This document shows, piece by piece, positions 1-8,955 of a stretch of DNA of 37,713 nt. This DNA is from a virus (taxonomy: Duplodnaviria; Heunggongvirae; Uroviricota; Caudoviricetes). The number at the start of each line of letters is the position of its first letter. Position 1 is the stretch's first letter. A model generated the notes under the pieces. That model saw only the letters and a list, made by a program, of their open reading frames with translations, was not told the origin of the DNA and searched no databases. The DNA is taken from the IMG/VR virus record IMGVR_UViG_2802429240_000007; one strand, written 5' to 3'. The translations under genes and the position numbers were made by a program.

Positions 1-987
1 ATGTCTTCTGTTTCTACATCGGGGTCTGGCGCGCCTAAGTCGTCATTCAGCCTCGGCCGTATCTGGGATCAGTACGGTATGCTGGTGGTGTTTGCGGTGC
101 TGTTTATCGCCTGTGCCATTTTTGTACCGAACTTTGCCACCTTCATTAATATGAAAGGTCTCGGGCTGGCAATCTCCATGTCGGGAATGGTGGCTTGCGG
201 CATGTTGTTCTGCCTCGCTTCGGGGGACTTTGACCTTTCCGTCGCTTCGGTAATTGCCTGCGCAGGTGTCACGACGGCGGTGGTTATCAATCTGACCGAA
301 AGCCTGTGGATTGGCGTGGCGGCAGGCTTGCTGCTGGGCGTCCTCTGTGGTCTGGTGAATGGTTTTGTTATCGCCAAACTAAAAATCAACGCCTTGATTA
401 CGACGCTGGCGACGATGCAGATTGTTCGTGGTCTGGCGTACATCATTTCTGATGGTAAAGCGGTCGGTATCGAAGATGAAAGTTTCTTTGCTCTTGGTTA
501 TGCCAACTGGTTCGGCCTGCCTGCGCCAATCTGGCTTACGGTGGCTTGTCTGATTGTCTTCGGTTTGCTGCTGAACAAAACCACCTTTGGGCGCAACACG
601 CTGGCGATTGGTGGTAATGAAGAGGCGGCGCGTCTGGCTGGTGTACCCGTTGTCCGCACCAAAATCATTATCTTTGTTCTCTCTGGTCTGGTATCGGCAA
701 TTGCCGGGATTGTTCTGGCTTCACGTATGACCAGCGGTCAGCCGATGACTTCGATAGGCTATGAGTTGATTGTTATCTCCGCCTGCGTTTTAGGCGGCGT
801 TTCTCTGAAAGGTGGCATCGGAAAAATCTCATATGTAGTGGCGGGTATCTTAATTTTAGGCACTGTAGAAAACGCCATGAACCTGCTCAATATTTCTCCG
901 TTTGCGCAGTACGTTGTCCGTGGCTTAATCCTGCTGGCGGCGGTGATCTTCGACCGTTATAAGCAAAAAGCGAAACGCACTGTCTGA
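1..987 (+). CDS. araH: L-arabinose ABC transporter permease (host gene)
   Basis: 328-aa polytopic membrane protein; translation recognised from memory as E. coli AraH; ATG start at window position 1, stop at 987. Confidence 0.9.
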   Translation: MSSVSTSGSGAPKSSFSLGRIWDQYGMLVVFAVLFIACAIFVPNFATFINMKGLGLAISMSGMVACGMLFCLASGDFDLSVASVIACAGVTTAVVINLTESLWIGVAAGLLLGVLCGLVNGFVIAKLKINALITTLATMQIVRGLAYIISDGKAVGIEDESFFALGYANWFGLPAPIWLTVACLIVFGLLLNKTTFGRNTLAIGGNEEAARLAGVPVVRTKIIIFVLSGLVSAIAGIVLASRMTSGQPMTSIGYELIVISACVLGGVSLKGGIGKISYVVAGILILGTVENAMNLLNISPFAQYVVRGLILLAAVIFDRYKQKAKRTV

Positions 988-1026
988 TGTTTTTTTCAGC
1001 ATAAATTTAGTTCGACTTTCCTCCAC

Positions 1027-1060
1027 AGCCAACCGCCACAAAGGTTGGCTGTTCTTTTTT
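1027..1060 (+). terminator. Rho-independent terminator downstream of araH
   Basis: Stem AGCCAACC (1027-1034), loop GCCACAAA, stem GGTTGGCT (1043-1050), followed by GTTCTTTTTT. Confidence 0.6.
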
Positions 1061-1149
1061 GCAAATGTGTAACTTCGCGTTTTTTTCTGGACTGATTGAC
1101 GCGCAATTCTGGATGGTTCAGGTGCGCCCAAAAAGTCCAGAATTGACCG

Positions 1150-1728
1150 CTAATTACTGCTGGTCGCCATCGCTCGGATTGAGCGTAAATCATCCAGGTT
1201 GCTCAACCTCTCTTTCATCTCCCGCTGACGTTGATAAATCTCGTCGTTGCGATCGACCTGCGCCTGCGCCATTGCTGCTGCCAGTTCTTCCAGTTCCGGC
1301 ATCGACAGTTTCACCTGTTGATTATCGGCGTCACCCCACGCCATAACGTCCCGCGCCGTGTCAGATTTCGCAGCCATTACCACAGGATAAAGACGGGCCA
1401 TTGAGTCGGGGCCAGCATTCCAGGTACGACCGTTCCATTCGAACGTGAACGGCAGTGCTTCCTGTTCTGTTCGCCACGCCTCGATTTCCCGCTTTTTGGC
1501 ATCTTTTGCCGCTGCGATAAGTTCAGGCGTGACTGTAAACGGGGCGATTTCACCCCATTTGCCGCTCTGTAACTCTTCCCAGATGCGCTGGCCTGTCGGC
1601 GCAGTATCATCCTGCATGGCGGTATACGGGACGAATTCCGTTTCACCTTCAAATAGCACCTCGCAATCAACCGCGCCATTTTCGAGATAATGCGCGTTTC
1701 TGATGCCTTTTACCGCTCTGATTTTCAT
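1150..1728 (-). CDS. Tail fibre assembly protein (Tfa-like chaperone)
   Basis: 192 aa immediately downstream of the large fibre gene; Tfa-like architecture; last phage gene before the host junction. Confidence 0.7.
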   Translation of the reverse strand: MKIRAVKGIRNAHYLENGAVDCEVLFEGETEFVPYTAMQDDTAPTGQRIWEELQSGKWGEIAPFTVTPELIAAAKDAKKREIEAWRTEQEALPFTFEWNGRTWNAGPDSMARLYPVVMAAKSDTARDVMAWGDADNQQVKLSMPELEELAAAMAQAQVDRNDEIYQRQREMKERLSNLDDLRSIRAMATSSN

Positions 1729-1742
1729 GTTTTATTTCCTCG

Positions 1743-4700
1743 TTACTCGATGCGCACAAACAGGCAGATACGACCGCTTGTTCCGTAAGAGTCCCTGACC
1801 CCGGATAACGCCATATAACGCCCCGGAAAAGTGTACCCTGTAGCTCCTGCACTCGGTGTGGAACCGTAGGAGCCAGCCCCCGCAGAAGATATTGTGCACG
1901 AAAGATTAACTCCGCCCAGTTGTGACCCTGGCACCACATCACCCAGGCCAATTTTGATTTCTTTATCCCCGGAAGTTGTTCCGCGATAAACAGCAAGCAC
2001 CGGAACACCAACTGCCGGGTATTTGAAATATGAGCCTGAGCCTGCCGTTCGGGACAGCAGGAACGCCAGCGAATCGCCGTCGTAAATGATGGGGCTTACT
2101 GTTGCATTCCAGTTGTTTCCACTCCAGCGGTAAGTCAGGCGATGAATGCTGTGCTCACCTTCGTAATACTGGTTAAAACACAGCAGCATTTTGAATTTAC
2201 GCGTTGTGTCCGATTCATCGTTATCAAAGGGCGACCACATCACATCAATGATGCCGTTAAATTTTGTGGTGCCTGCCAGTAGTGTGGAAGAGTCCGCAAT
2301 ACTGACCGCATAACGCCCCGGGGTGGCCTCTTTCAGCCATTCAGCAAAATCGGCCTGTCCGTCAAACGCCAGAGCGTCGGTGCTGGCAAATGCCTGACCG
2401 AATCCGTACATGCCGGACAGTGCCAGCCTGCCCGGTGTGCGGTCGCGGATATCGCTCTGGGGCTCCATCGTCGCAGCCGTTTTCAGACCAAGATATTCCA
2501 GCACCTCATTTTTAGAATTCTGACCAATTAACACCCGACCGACCGCAGTCAGATTTGCCAGCGCCATGACGTTTTTATCACTGAAATAAGGCAACTTATT
2601 ACCGGCAGTAACCAGTCCTGATAATGACGTCAGTATTTCATTAAGCGGCTGTTTACCTGCCAGGGCGTTAGTGACCGTTGTTGCAAAGTTCGGGTCATTA
2701 CCCAGCGCCGCTGCCAGCTCGTTCAGTGTGTCCAGTGTTTCCGGGGACGAGTCAACCAGCGCGGCGAGCAGTTTGCGGACAAAAGCCGCATTGGCTATCT
2801 CAGTGCCTGCTGCGTCATCCGGCGGGGTTGGTGCTGTCGGAGTTCCGGTCAGTGCCGGACTTTTCAGTGGTGCGCGGGCTTCAATCAGTGCCCTGAGTGA
2901 AGCCTCATCAACCTTCAGGTTTTCCCAGCCAACCAGATAACCACCACCTGATGCCACCGCGCAACGGTTATAATAAATATGACCATTAACACCATAATAA
3001 ATAATTATCTTATAGGCATACTCATCATTCGGGCTGGTTTTAGGTTGTGGCCAGATAATTTCAATAACACCGTTTGTCTGTATGCCAGGTACCACCACAT
3101 TTGTGTCCGCAAATACGGTATAACGACCGGGTTTTGCTGTTTTTACCCACCTGAGAAAATCAGTCCCTGATTTAAATTCAGTTCTGTCGCTACTGGAAAA
3201 TATTTTCCCGAAACCGAACATGCCGGGAATCGCCAGACGACCTTCGGTGCGGTCGTAAATATTCTCCTGCGCATCCTTCTGTGCTGCATTGCCAAGTTGT
3301 GGCGTCAGATTCGTCCAGGTGACCGGGGCGGAGATATTATCGCCACGAACGGTCATAAGAATCCGTCCGTCTTTTCCAAAAAACAGAACCAGCTTTGTTG
3401 CTGTCTGGCTGGTTTTGTCGCCCCAGTTGTTATCCAGCCAGATAATTTCTGTTATTCCGGTTGTTTCTTCCGTTTGTGTGGAAAAGGTGTAATACCGTCC
3501 CGGGTGCAGGTTGTGCGCAGTTCTGGCTACAGTCGCCATATCGCTGGCAATGATTGAACGCGCTCCGGCGTCCGTCATTCCGTAACCAAATGCACCAGGC
3601 AGCGCAACGCGGCCTTCCGAGCTGTCGTAAAGGTCTGTCTGAATGTCCCTTACCGCTGCGCTTTTCAGCTCAAGCTCATTGCGCATGGTTTCCACTGTGG
3701 CCTGTGCCAGCAGTGACCGGGCTTTTTCTGACAGCGGAGACAGTGAAGCATTCCCGTCCTGATTAAAGCACAGAAGCTTATCCGCCCGTTCTTCCAGATT
3801 ACTGATTGCGGTTAACACGTCACTGAGTGGTTGTTTACCCGCCAGCGCGTTCATGATTGTTGTCGCAAACTCCGGGTCATTGCCCAGCGCCGCTGCCAGC
3901 TCGTTCAGCGTGTCAAGGGCTTCCGGCGACGAATCAACCAGTGCGGCAAGCAATTTGCGGACAAATGCCGCGTTCGCGGTTTCCAGACCGACTGCATCGT
4001 CCGGTGGGGTTGGTGTGGTTGGCGTGCCGGTGAACGCCGGGCTGTCCAGTGGCGCTTTTGTTTTCGTCTCGTCCATGACGGTTTTGACGGCTTTTGGCGT
4101 GGCTGCCAGTTCTTCGCTGTCGTTGTCTGTATCACTACAGAGTTGCACCAGGCCTTTTTCTGTCGTGGAAGCATTGCCTCCCTTCAGGTCATCAACTATC
4201 CGTTGCGCGTCGTCCCTGTGCTGTTTCGCATTCTGCTCGCTTTTTGCTGCCGCTTCGGCGCTGGCTTTTGCCTCGCCGGTCAGCGTTGCGGCTTCACCGA
4301 GTTTATCAACAGCCTTATCGACAATTTTGTCTGCGTCCTTAACGGCCTGCTCTGCGCGGGCCGCATCCTGCGAAGCTGATGATGCCAGTAACGCCACCTG
4401 CTTTTTGTCTTCGGCAACGGCCTCTGCATTCTGCTGTACGTTATTCGCCAGCGTCTGACAGTCATCCTTAATCTTCTGCGCATCAGTAACGTGCTGTTCT
4501 GCCAGCCGCTCGCTTTCCGCTGCCGCTTCCGCGCTCTGCTGCGCCTGCGCCACCATTTCCTCGAAGCGTTTCACCACGTCGGGTTTGAGGTCGCCTTCAT
4601 CGGGGGCGGTCAGAAAATCATTCAGTGTGCCGGGCTTTGAATCGTCGTAAATCGAAATGTCACCCACACAGCACTTGGGGCCGTTCTTTTGCTTGATGTG

Positions 4701-4880
4701 TACGGTGTATTTGCCTTTTTGCGCTTCAAAGGCATACTGTCCCGCCGCATCGGTTTCAATAACCGCGAATGATTCAGTGACCACTTCACTGGTATTAACC
4801 AGTGCATCTAAATAAATTTTGCATTCCGCCATCGGAACGCCAGCGCCATTAATAAGCGCCCCTGAGATCAATACAGACAT
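1743..4880 (-). CDS. Side tail fibre protein, mosaic, 1045 aa
   Basis: N-terminus (ISGALINGAG...GDISIYDDSKPGTLNDFL) resembles the lambdoid Stf N-terminal domain; Ala/Glu/Lys-rich coiled region; two copies of a ~75-aa collar segment (SPAFTGTPTTPTPPDD... and SPALTGTPTAPTPPDD...); three paralogous C-terminal-type modules; GAGG RBS before the ATG at 4880. Confidence 0.8.
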   Translation of the reverse strand: MSVLISGALINGAGVPMAECKIYLDALVNTSEVVTESFAVIETDAAGQYAFEAQKGKYTVHIKQKNGPKCCVGDISIYDDSKPGTLNDFLTAPDEGDLKPDVVKRFEEMVAQAQQSAEAAAESERLAEQHVTDAQKIKDDCQTLANNVQQNAEAVAEDKKQVALLASSASQDAARAEQAVKDADKIVDKAVDKLGEAATLTGEAKASAEAAAKSEQNAKQHRDDAQRIVDDLKGGNASTTEKGLVQLCSDTDNDSEELAATPKAVKTVMDETKTKAPLDSPAFTGTPTTPTPPDDAVGLETANAAFVRKLLAALVDSSPEALDTLNELAAALGNDPEFATTIMNALAGKQPLSDVLTAISNLEERADKLLCFNQDGNASLSPLSEKARSLLAQATVETMRNELELKSAAVRDIQTDLYDSSEGRVALPGAFGYGMTDAGARSIIASDMATVARTAHNLHPGRYYTFSTQTEETTGITEIIWLDNNWGDKTSQTATKLVLFFGKDGRILMTVRGDNISAPVTWTNLTPQLGNAAQKDAQENIYDRTEGRLAIPGMFGFGKIFSSSDRTEFKSGTDFLRWVKTAKPGRYTVFADTNVVVPGIQTNGVIEIIWPQPKTSPNDEYAYKIIIYYGVNGHIYYNRCAVASGGGYLVGWENLKVDEASLRALIEARAPLKSPALTGTPTAPTPPDDAAGTEIANAAFVRKLLAALVDSSPETLDTLNELAAALGNDPNFATTVTNALAGKQPLNEILTSLSGLVTAGNKLPYFSDKNVMALANLTAVGRVLIGQNSKNEVLEYLGLKTAATMEPQSDIRDRTPGRLALSGMYGFGQAFASTDALAFDGQADFAEWLKEATPGRYAVSIADSSTLLAGTTKFNGIIDVMWSPFDNDESDTTRKFKMLLCFNQYYEGEHSIHRLTYRWSGNNWNATVSPIIYDGDSLAFLLSRTAGSGSYFKYPAVGVPVLAVYRGTTSGDKEIKIGLGDVVPGSQLGGVNLSCTISSAGAGSYGSTPSAGATGYTFPGRYMALSGVRDSYGTSGRICLFVRIE

Positions 4881-4897
4881 AAAACCTCTGAACTGAA

Positions 4898-4921
4898 AAC
4901 GGTCGCCAGAAAGCGACCGTT
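4898..4921 (-). other. Stem-loop between tfa stop and side tail fibre RBS; possible attenuator/terminator
   Basis: AACGGTCGC / GCGACCGTT 9-bp stem with 6-nt loop; on the minus strand it is followed by TTTTCAGTT. Confidence 0.3.
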
Positions 4922-4927
4922 ATTGTT

Positions 4928-5362
4928 TTACACGTCAGGTTTTTCCGGCCACTGAATTAAATCAAAGGAAGATTTATCACTGACCTGACTTAAATCCAGC
5001 GCCTTTACCTCCCTGATATACATCATCCACTGTGTCAGGCGTCCCTTGTCTGCATCGCTGATGGTGCCCAGCTCCAGCTCGATTTTCCAGTCGGAGGTGA
5101 TTTCCCTTGCTTCAGCCAGCAGGTGCTGGCGTTGCGTTTCCGCTTTCTGCTGCCAGTTAATTACGGGTTCTTTTAATACCGGATATCCGTTTTCGCCGGA
5201 TACAATAATAAAACCGTCAGTCTGACCCTGTAACAGTCTCTGATATTCTTCATCCGTGATTTTCTGTAAATCACCAGGCCACGTTCCCGCATTTTCATAA
5301 TCATTCTGAAGGTCAGAATGATAAAAACCGTTTGTTGATGGGCTGAAATAAATAGTCATCAT
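4928..5362 (-). CDS. Tail fibre assembly protein (Mu U-like chaperone)
   Basis: 144 aa; start overlaps the stop of the upstream fibre gene (ATGA at 5362); position matches Mu U. Confidence 0.65.
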   Translation of the reverse strand: MMTIYFSPSTNGFYHSDLQNDYENAGTWPGDLQKITDEEYQRLLQGQTDGFIIVSGENGYPVLKEPVINWQQKAETQRQHLLAEAREITSDWKIELELGTISDADKGRLTQWMMYIREVKALDLSQVSDKSSFDLIQWPEKPDV

Positions 5363-6243
5363 TAATACCCTATCGCTGTCCAGTACATAACGCCGTTATT
5401 CTCGCTGTTGAATGTCGCACCTGCTGCTGATAATGATTTCAGGGAAATAGAGTAATCAGCACGGGTATATGCGTTGGTAATAGTGATGCTGGTACATGCT
5501 GACGGAAATGATATCGGAAACGTCAGCCCGGCACCGGCATTGCCGAGATACCCCCACTGAATAATCACCCCGGTGGACGTGTCCTTAAACCAGCCATTAC
5601 CGGCTTTTGACGCCGTGTTTTTTTGCTGGTAACGGTTGTCACCTTCAGTTTGTGACATTCCCGCAGAAATCGTGATATCGCCGGAGCCGTCAAAGAGCAC
5701 ATTGTTAATCCTGCGGGCCGTCTGAAGGCGGGTTGCCGTTCCGGCGTTGCCGCTGATGCTGTTGATGGTGATATCCGAAGTCAGGGCCATGCCGTTGACC
5801 TTACGCGCTTTCGGCACACCGCTGATGTTATCCAGAAACAATTGTTTATTCGGGATATCTGCGCCGTTACGGTCTTTTGCCAGTCTGGCATTTGCGTTAT
5901 CCATCGCAATTTTTACCGCTTTGGGCGTGGCTGCTTCTGTTTCTGATTCACTGTTAACAGCACTGTTAAGCTGCACTACGCCTTTTTGCGTCAGCGATGC
6001 ATCCGGGACTTTCTGGCCAATAAACGAGGTCAGCGCCTCAACCAGCTGGTTTTGTTTTTTCGGATCCGGGGTTACGCCAGCCTCTTTAAGGACGTTAATC
6101 ACCTCCTGCTGCAAATCGCGCGTTGCTTCCTGATGATTATTCATATATTCAGCGGTAACAATGGTTCCCTCTATCCCCTGAGTCGGGTCACCATCATGAA
6201 ATAACTTGTCCGGTGTATTAACCGGAGTCATTAAATTCTGCAT
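5362..6243 (-). CDS. Tail fibre protein (short, Mu S-position)
   Basis: 293 aa; contains the ATPKAVK fibre motif also present in the large fibre; Gly/Ser/Thr-rich C-terminus; coupled start/stop with both neighbours. Confidence 0.6.
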   Translation of the reverse strand: MQNLMTPVNTPDKLFHDGDPTQGIEGTIVTAEYMNNHQEATRDLQQEVINVLKEAGVTPDPKKQNQLVEALTSFIGQKVPDASLTQKGVVQLNSAVNSESETEAATPKAVKIAMDNANARLAKDRNGADIPNKQLFLDNISGVPKARKVNGMALTSDITINSISGNAGTATRLQTARRINNVLFDGSGDITISAGMSQTEGDNRYQQKNTASKAGNGWFKDTSTGVIIQWGYLGNAGAGLTFPISFPSACTSITITNAYTRADYSISLKSLSAAGATFNSENNGVMYWTAIGY

Positions 6244-6815
6244 TATTCCTCCACCTCATATGTGAAATAACAGTCTGTAAAAGCCGGTTTAAGGTCTTTA
6301 AATGTGTTTTCTAAAATGGATTCACCAAAGGCCGTCAGCGGCTCGCCGGTTGCCGATGCCCCCGTTCTGAAACGGTAGACCGGCGTTTTTGTTCCGATAA
6401 CATTGACCTGCCATGCCCAGCGGATTTCCGGTATCAGCAGACGGTCGCCGCAGCGGTTTATCCCCACCCGGAATGGTCGCGGCTCCGTAATGGTGATGGT
6501 ATAGCCCAGGCTGGCGGCAAGGCTCTTAAAGTAAGGGATTGACAGCCCGCCTGTGGCTGCCATTTTTACCAGGATATTCTGCCGCCGCTCCTGTTGTGTG
6601 GCACCTTCACGGGGGACAACACCGTACACGCGCTCCCAGTCGGACAGCGTCATCGATGCCTGCAACGGGGTGATTTGTGCCAGAACGCTCGCCGCTGATG
6701 CCTTCACGGCCTCCATGACGTCAGCCTCGGCTGCCAGCTCTGCAGAAATATAATTCCCGTTCGGGTCATAACTGACAGGCGGCAGCATGGCGCGAAATAA
6801 ATCGACCATATTCAT
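6243..6815 (-). CDS. Tail/baseplate protein (Mu gp48-like, DUF2313/YmfQ-like)
   Basis: 190 aa; position and sequence character consistent with Mu gp48; family assigned from memory. Confidence 0.6.
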   Translation of the reverse strand: MNMVDLFRAMLPPVSYDPNGNYISAELAAEADVMEAVKASAASVLAQITPLQASMTLSDWERVYGVVPREGATQQERRQNILVKMAATGGLSIPYFKSLAASLGYTITITEPRPFRVGINRCGDRLLIPEIRWAWQVNVIGTKTPVYRFRTGASATGEPLTAFGESILENTFKDLKPAFTDCYFTYEVEE

Positions 6816-6818
6816 GAA

Positions 6819-7898
6819 TCACCCCTCACGCGGAAAAGACTGAATATCAATATTTCCCGGGCGCAGCCATTCCCACGTTGACGCGTTAATAATGGCTTTT
6901 ACGTTGTCTGCAGGCGTAACGATTCGCCGGTCACTCACGCCGGAAATGAGTGAAATCTGGGTTTCCAGTTGTGAAATAATTAATTCTTGCCCCGGCTCCA
7001 GTCGGTTCATAAAATCCGTGATAACGTCAGTTATCTGCGGTTTTATCTGCTCAACGGTCAGGCCGCTGGTTTTTACCCGGACAACGAAATCAACGGCTTT
7101 TTTCGTCGGGGCCAGTACCATCGTGTCCTTCGCTGTAACCGGGCGGACTTCCTCAATATGTGCCAGCACGGCATTAATCAGTTCCTGAGAGGGAAGATCA
7201 TTAGCTGACGTAATGGCCACATCAACCGTCCCCAGTCCACGACGCAACGGCTCCACATACGCAGACGTAACGCCATCCACTTCCAGCGCCCAGCGTTTGT
7301 AATCATATTTGTTACCGCCAGCGGGCGGCCTGCGCAGAATATCCAGATAACGCGCCAGCAGGTCGGCGTCGCTTTCCCTGTCCGTTCCGCCGGTCAGGGA
7401 TTTAATCGTCACCGTGCTGTTGATGCCTTCCGGCGGGCTGACCAGCGTTGCCGTCTGCGTCGTGGATGCATTCGTCTGTGCACCCGTGGCGGTGCTTTTT
7501 ACCGTCACCTCCGCGCTGCCTTCATCACCGATGGTGCAGTCTGCTGTGGTGGCCACGCTGACACCTTCACCACGAATTTCCGCACCGGCTGGCAGCGTCT
7601 TACCGGGTGTGCCGGTAATCACTACCGGACCGGATGAGGCTGTTGCTTTTTTACGAAAAACATTGCGCGTGCGACAGTGTAGCTCCAGATATTCAGGGTC
7701 TGCCGTGTCAGGAAACACCTGACGGAGTATCCACCCCTGATGCATATAAAGCCCGTCAGCCACGCCGGATACGGCATTTGCACGAATGCGGTAATCGCTG
7801 TCAGCGCCGGTGTCTATGGTTTCTCCCGGCAGGGCGTTAGCGATATCACGTAGCTGGCGTTCTGTGTTTTCAGCAACGCCCGGAACAGGAAACGGCAT
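6819..7898 (-). CDS. Baseplate J-like protein (Mu gp47-like)
   Basis: 359 aa; synteny between the gp46-like and gp48-like genes; baseplate J family character. Confidence 0.7.
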   Translation of the reverse strand: MPFPVPGVAENTERQLRDIANALPGETIDTGADSDYRIRANAVSGVADGLYMHQGWILRQVFPDTADPEYLELHCRTRNVFRKKATASSGPVVITGTPGKTLPAGAEIRGEGVSVATTADCTIGDEGSAEVTVKSTATGAQTNASTTQTATLVSPPEGINSTVTIKSLTGGTDRESDADLLARYLDILRRPPAGGNKYDYKRWALEVDGVTSAYVEPLRRGLGTVDVAITSANDLPSQELINAVLAHIEEVRPVTAKDTMVLAPTKKAVDFVVRVKTSGLTVEQIKPQITDVITDFMNRLEPGQELIISQLETQISLISGVSDRRIVTPADNVKAIINASTWEWLRPGNIDIQSFPREG

Positions 7899-8248
7899 TA
7901 CATAATCCTCACAGGGTGTTCAAACGTCTGCGGTGTGCCCGCGTTATCCGTGACGGTGATTAACAGCAACAGCCAGCCGCGCTGGCCCGCTTTCGTGTCA
8001 ACGGTAATGGATTTTGCCCGCCCGTCATCGAGCAGTGGCTGAAGTGCCTGGCTGGCATACTGCGCCGCCAGTCTGTGAACACGGGGAACGTCTTTTTCCC
8101 GCTTCAGCTCGTGCAGGCGTGACCCCAGCGACGCATCCGCCCAGTAACTGCCAAGCGGTGTCGCCAGTCGCAGATAAACCGCGTTATGGAGTGTGTAAAT
8201 CCGGCGGCGTTCGTAGTCGCCGGTTGCAGGTGAAATCGTCTGGTCCAT
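7898..8248 (-). CDS. Baseplate protein (Mu gp46-like, GPW/gp25-like)
   Basis: 116 aa; synteny; preceded by the conserved late motif at 8287-8301. Confidence 0.6.
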   Translation of the reverse strand: MDQTISPATGDYERRRIYTLHNAVYLRLATPLGSYWADASLGSRLHELKREKDVPRVHRLAAQYASQALQPLLDDGRAKSITVDTKAGQRGWLLLLITVTDNAGTPQTFEHPVRIM

Positions 8249-8286
8249 GCCGCCAGTCTGGCAGCATGGACAGGTCAGAATCAGGT

Positions 8287-8301
8287 GAGGGTGTTCAGCA
8301 C
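8287..8301 (-). promoter_or_regulatory. Conserved late-operon motif, copy 3 (plus-strand GAGGGTGTTCAGCAC)
   Basis: Matches the core shared with the copies at 20245-20259 and 28404-28418; sits between the gp45-like stop and gp46-like start. Confidence 0.4.
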
Positions 8302-8955
8302 TTAATTAACCGGCGTGTCAGACATGCCGTGTGGGGTTGGGTGTTTGTGTGTTCCGATTTTAACGCCATTAATGGTGACGTCAACGGAGGTAAGCACACC
8401 ACCTACATGGTTGATGTTGCCTTCAAAAGTGGCGGCGTATTCCTTGCCCCCACTGATGGCCATGCCACCGTTGCCGGTGATTTTACCTTCCACCGTCAGC
8501 TTATCGCTGGCCGTCAGTAACGGTGTCGTGAATGCGGCGTTCTCCTCTGCCTCAACCTCATAGCGTTTGCATTTCACCCGGTAAACGTCACATTCTGTTT
8601 CAATAATCCGCCCGCGCTTCAGTACGATTTTTGCGCCTTCGTCGGTATACAGGGCCACCTCGCCGGGTTTCAGTTCCGTCAGGCGATATGCGCCGTGCTC
8701 TGTGGCCACGACGACGGTATGGGAGGTATTGCCGTTCAGCGGAACGGCAATACCCATTGAGCCGGGCGGCGGGGATGTGGTGAGGCCGTAATGCTGAAAA
8801 TACTCCGCACCGTCCAGCTGTTCGCCTGCCAGCCCGTTCAACTGAAGCAACTGTACTTTGGTCGAACTGTCCACCGTACCGGTCACCACCCTGAATGCCT
8901 GGCGAACGGCGGACAGCGCCTGCTGTATGCGCTGATTAATCTTGTCCCACATCAT
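8302..8955 (-). CDS. Baseplate spike/assembly protein V-like (Mu gp45-like)
   Basis: 217 aa; synteny downstream of the gp44-like gene. Confidence 0.6.
   Translation of the reverse strand: MMWDKINQRIQQALSAVRQAFRVVTGTVDSSTKVQLLQLNGLAGEQLDGAEYFQHYGLTTSPPPGSMGIAVPLNGNTSHTVVVATEHGAYRLTELKPGEVALYTDEGAKIVLKRGRIIETECDVYRVKCKRYEVEAEENAAFTTPLLTASDKLTVEGKITGNGGMAISGGKEYAATFEGNINHVGGVLTSVDVTINGVKIGTHKHPTPHGMSDTPVN

Noticed and set aside
1059-1346. 95-aa plus-strand ORF spanning the host-phage junction
   Set aside because: Overlaps the tail fibre assembly gene antisense and crosses the araH terminator; no RBS; junction artefact.
2671-4458. Plus-strand ORFs 2671..2940 and 3853..4458 with near-identical translations inside the tail fibre gene
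   Set aside because: Both are antisense to the 1045-aa fibre ORF; their similarity only reflects the ~240-bp direct DNA repeat.
1150-6243. Invertible G-segment with gin invertase
   Set aside because: Searched for an inverted fibre copy and a recombinase gene near the fibres; both fibre modules are co-directional and no recombinase-like ORF is present.
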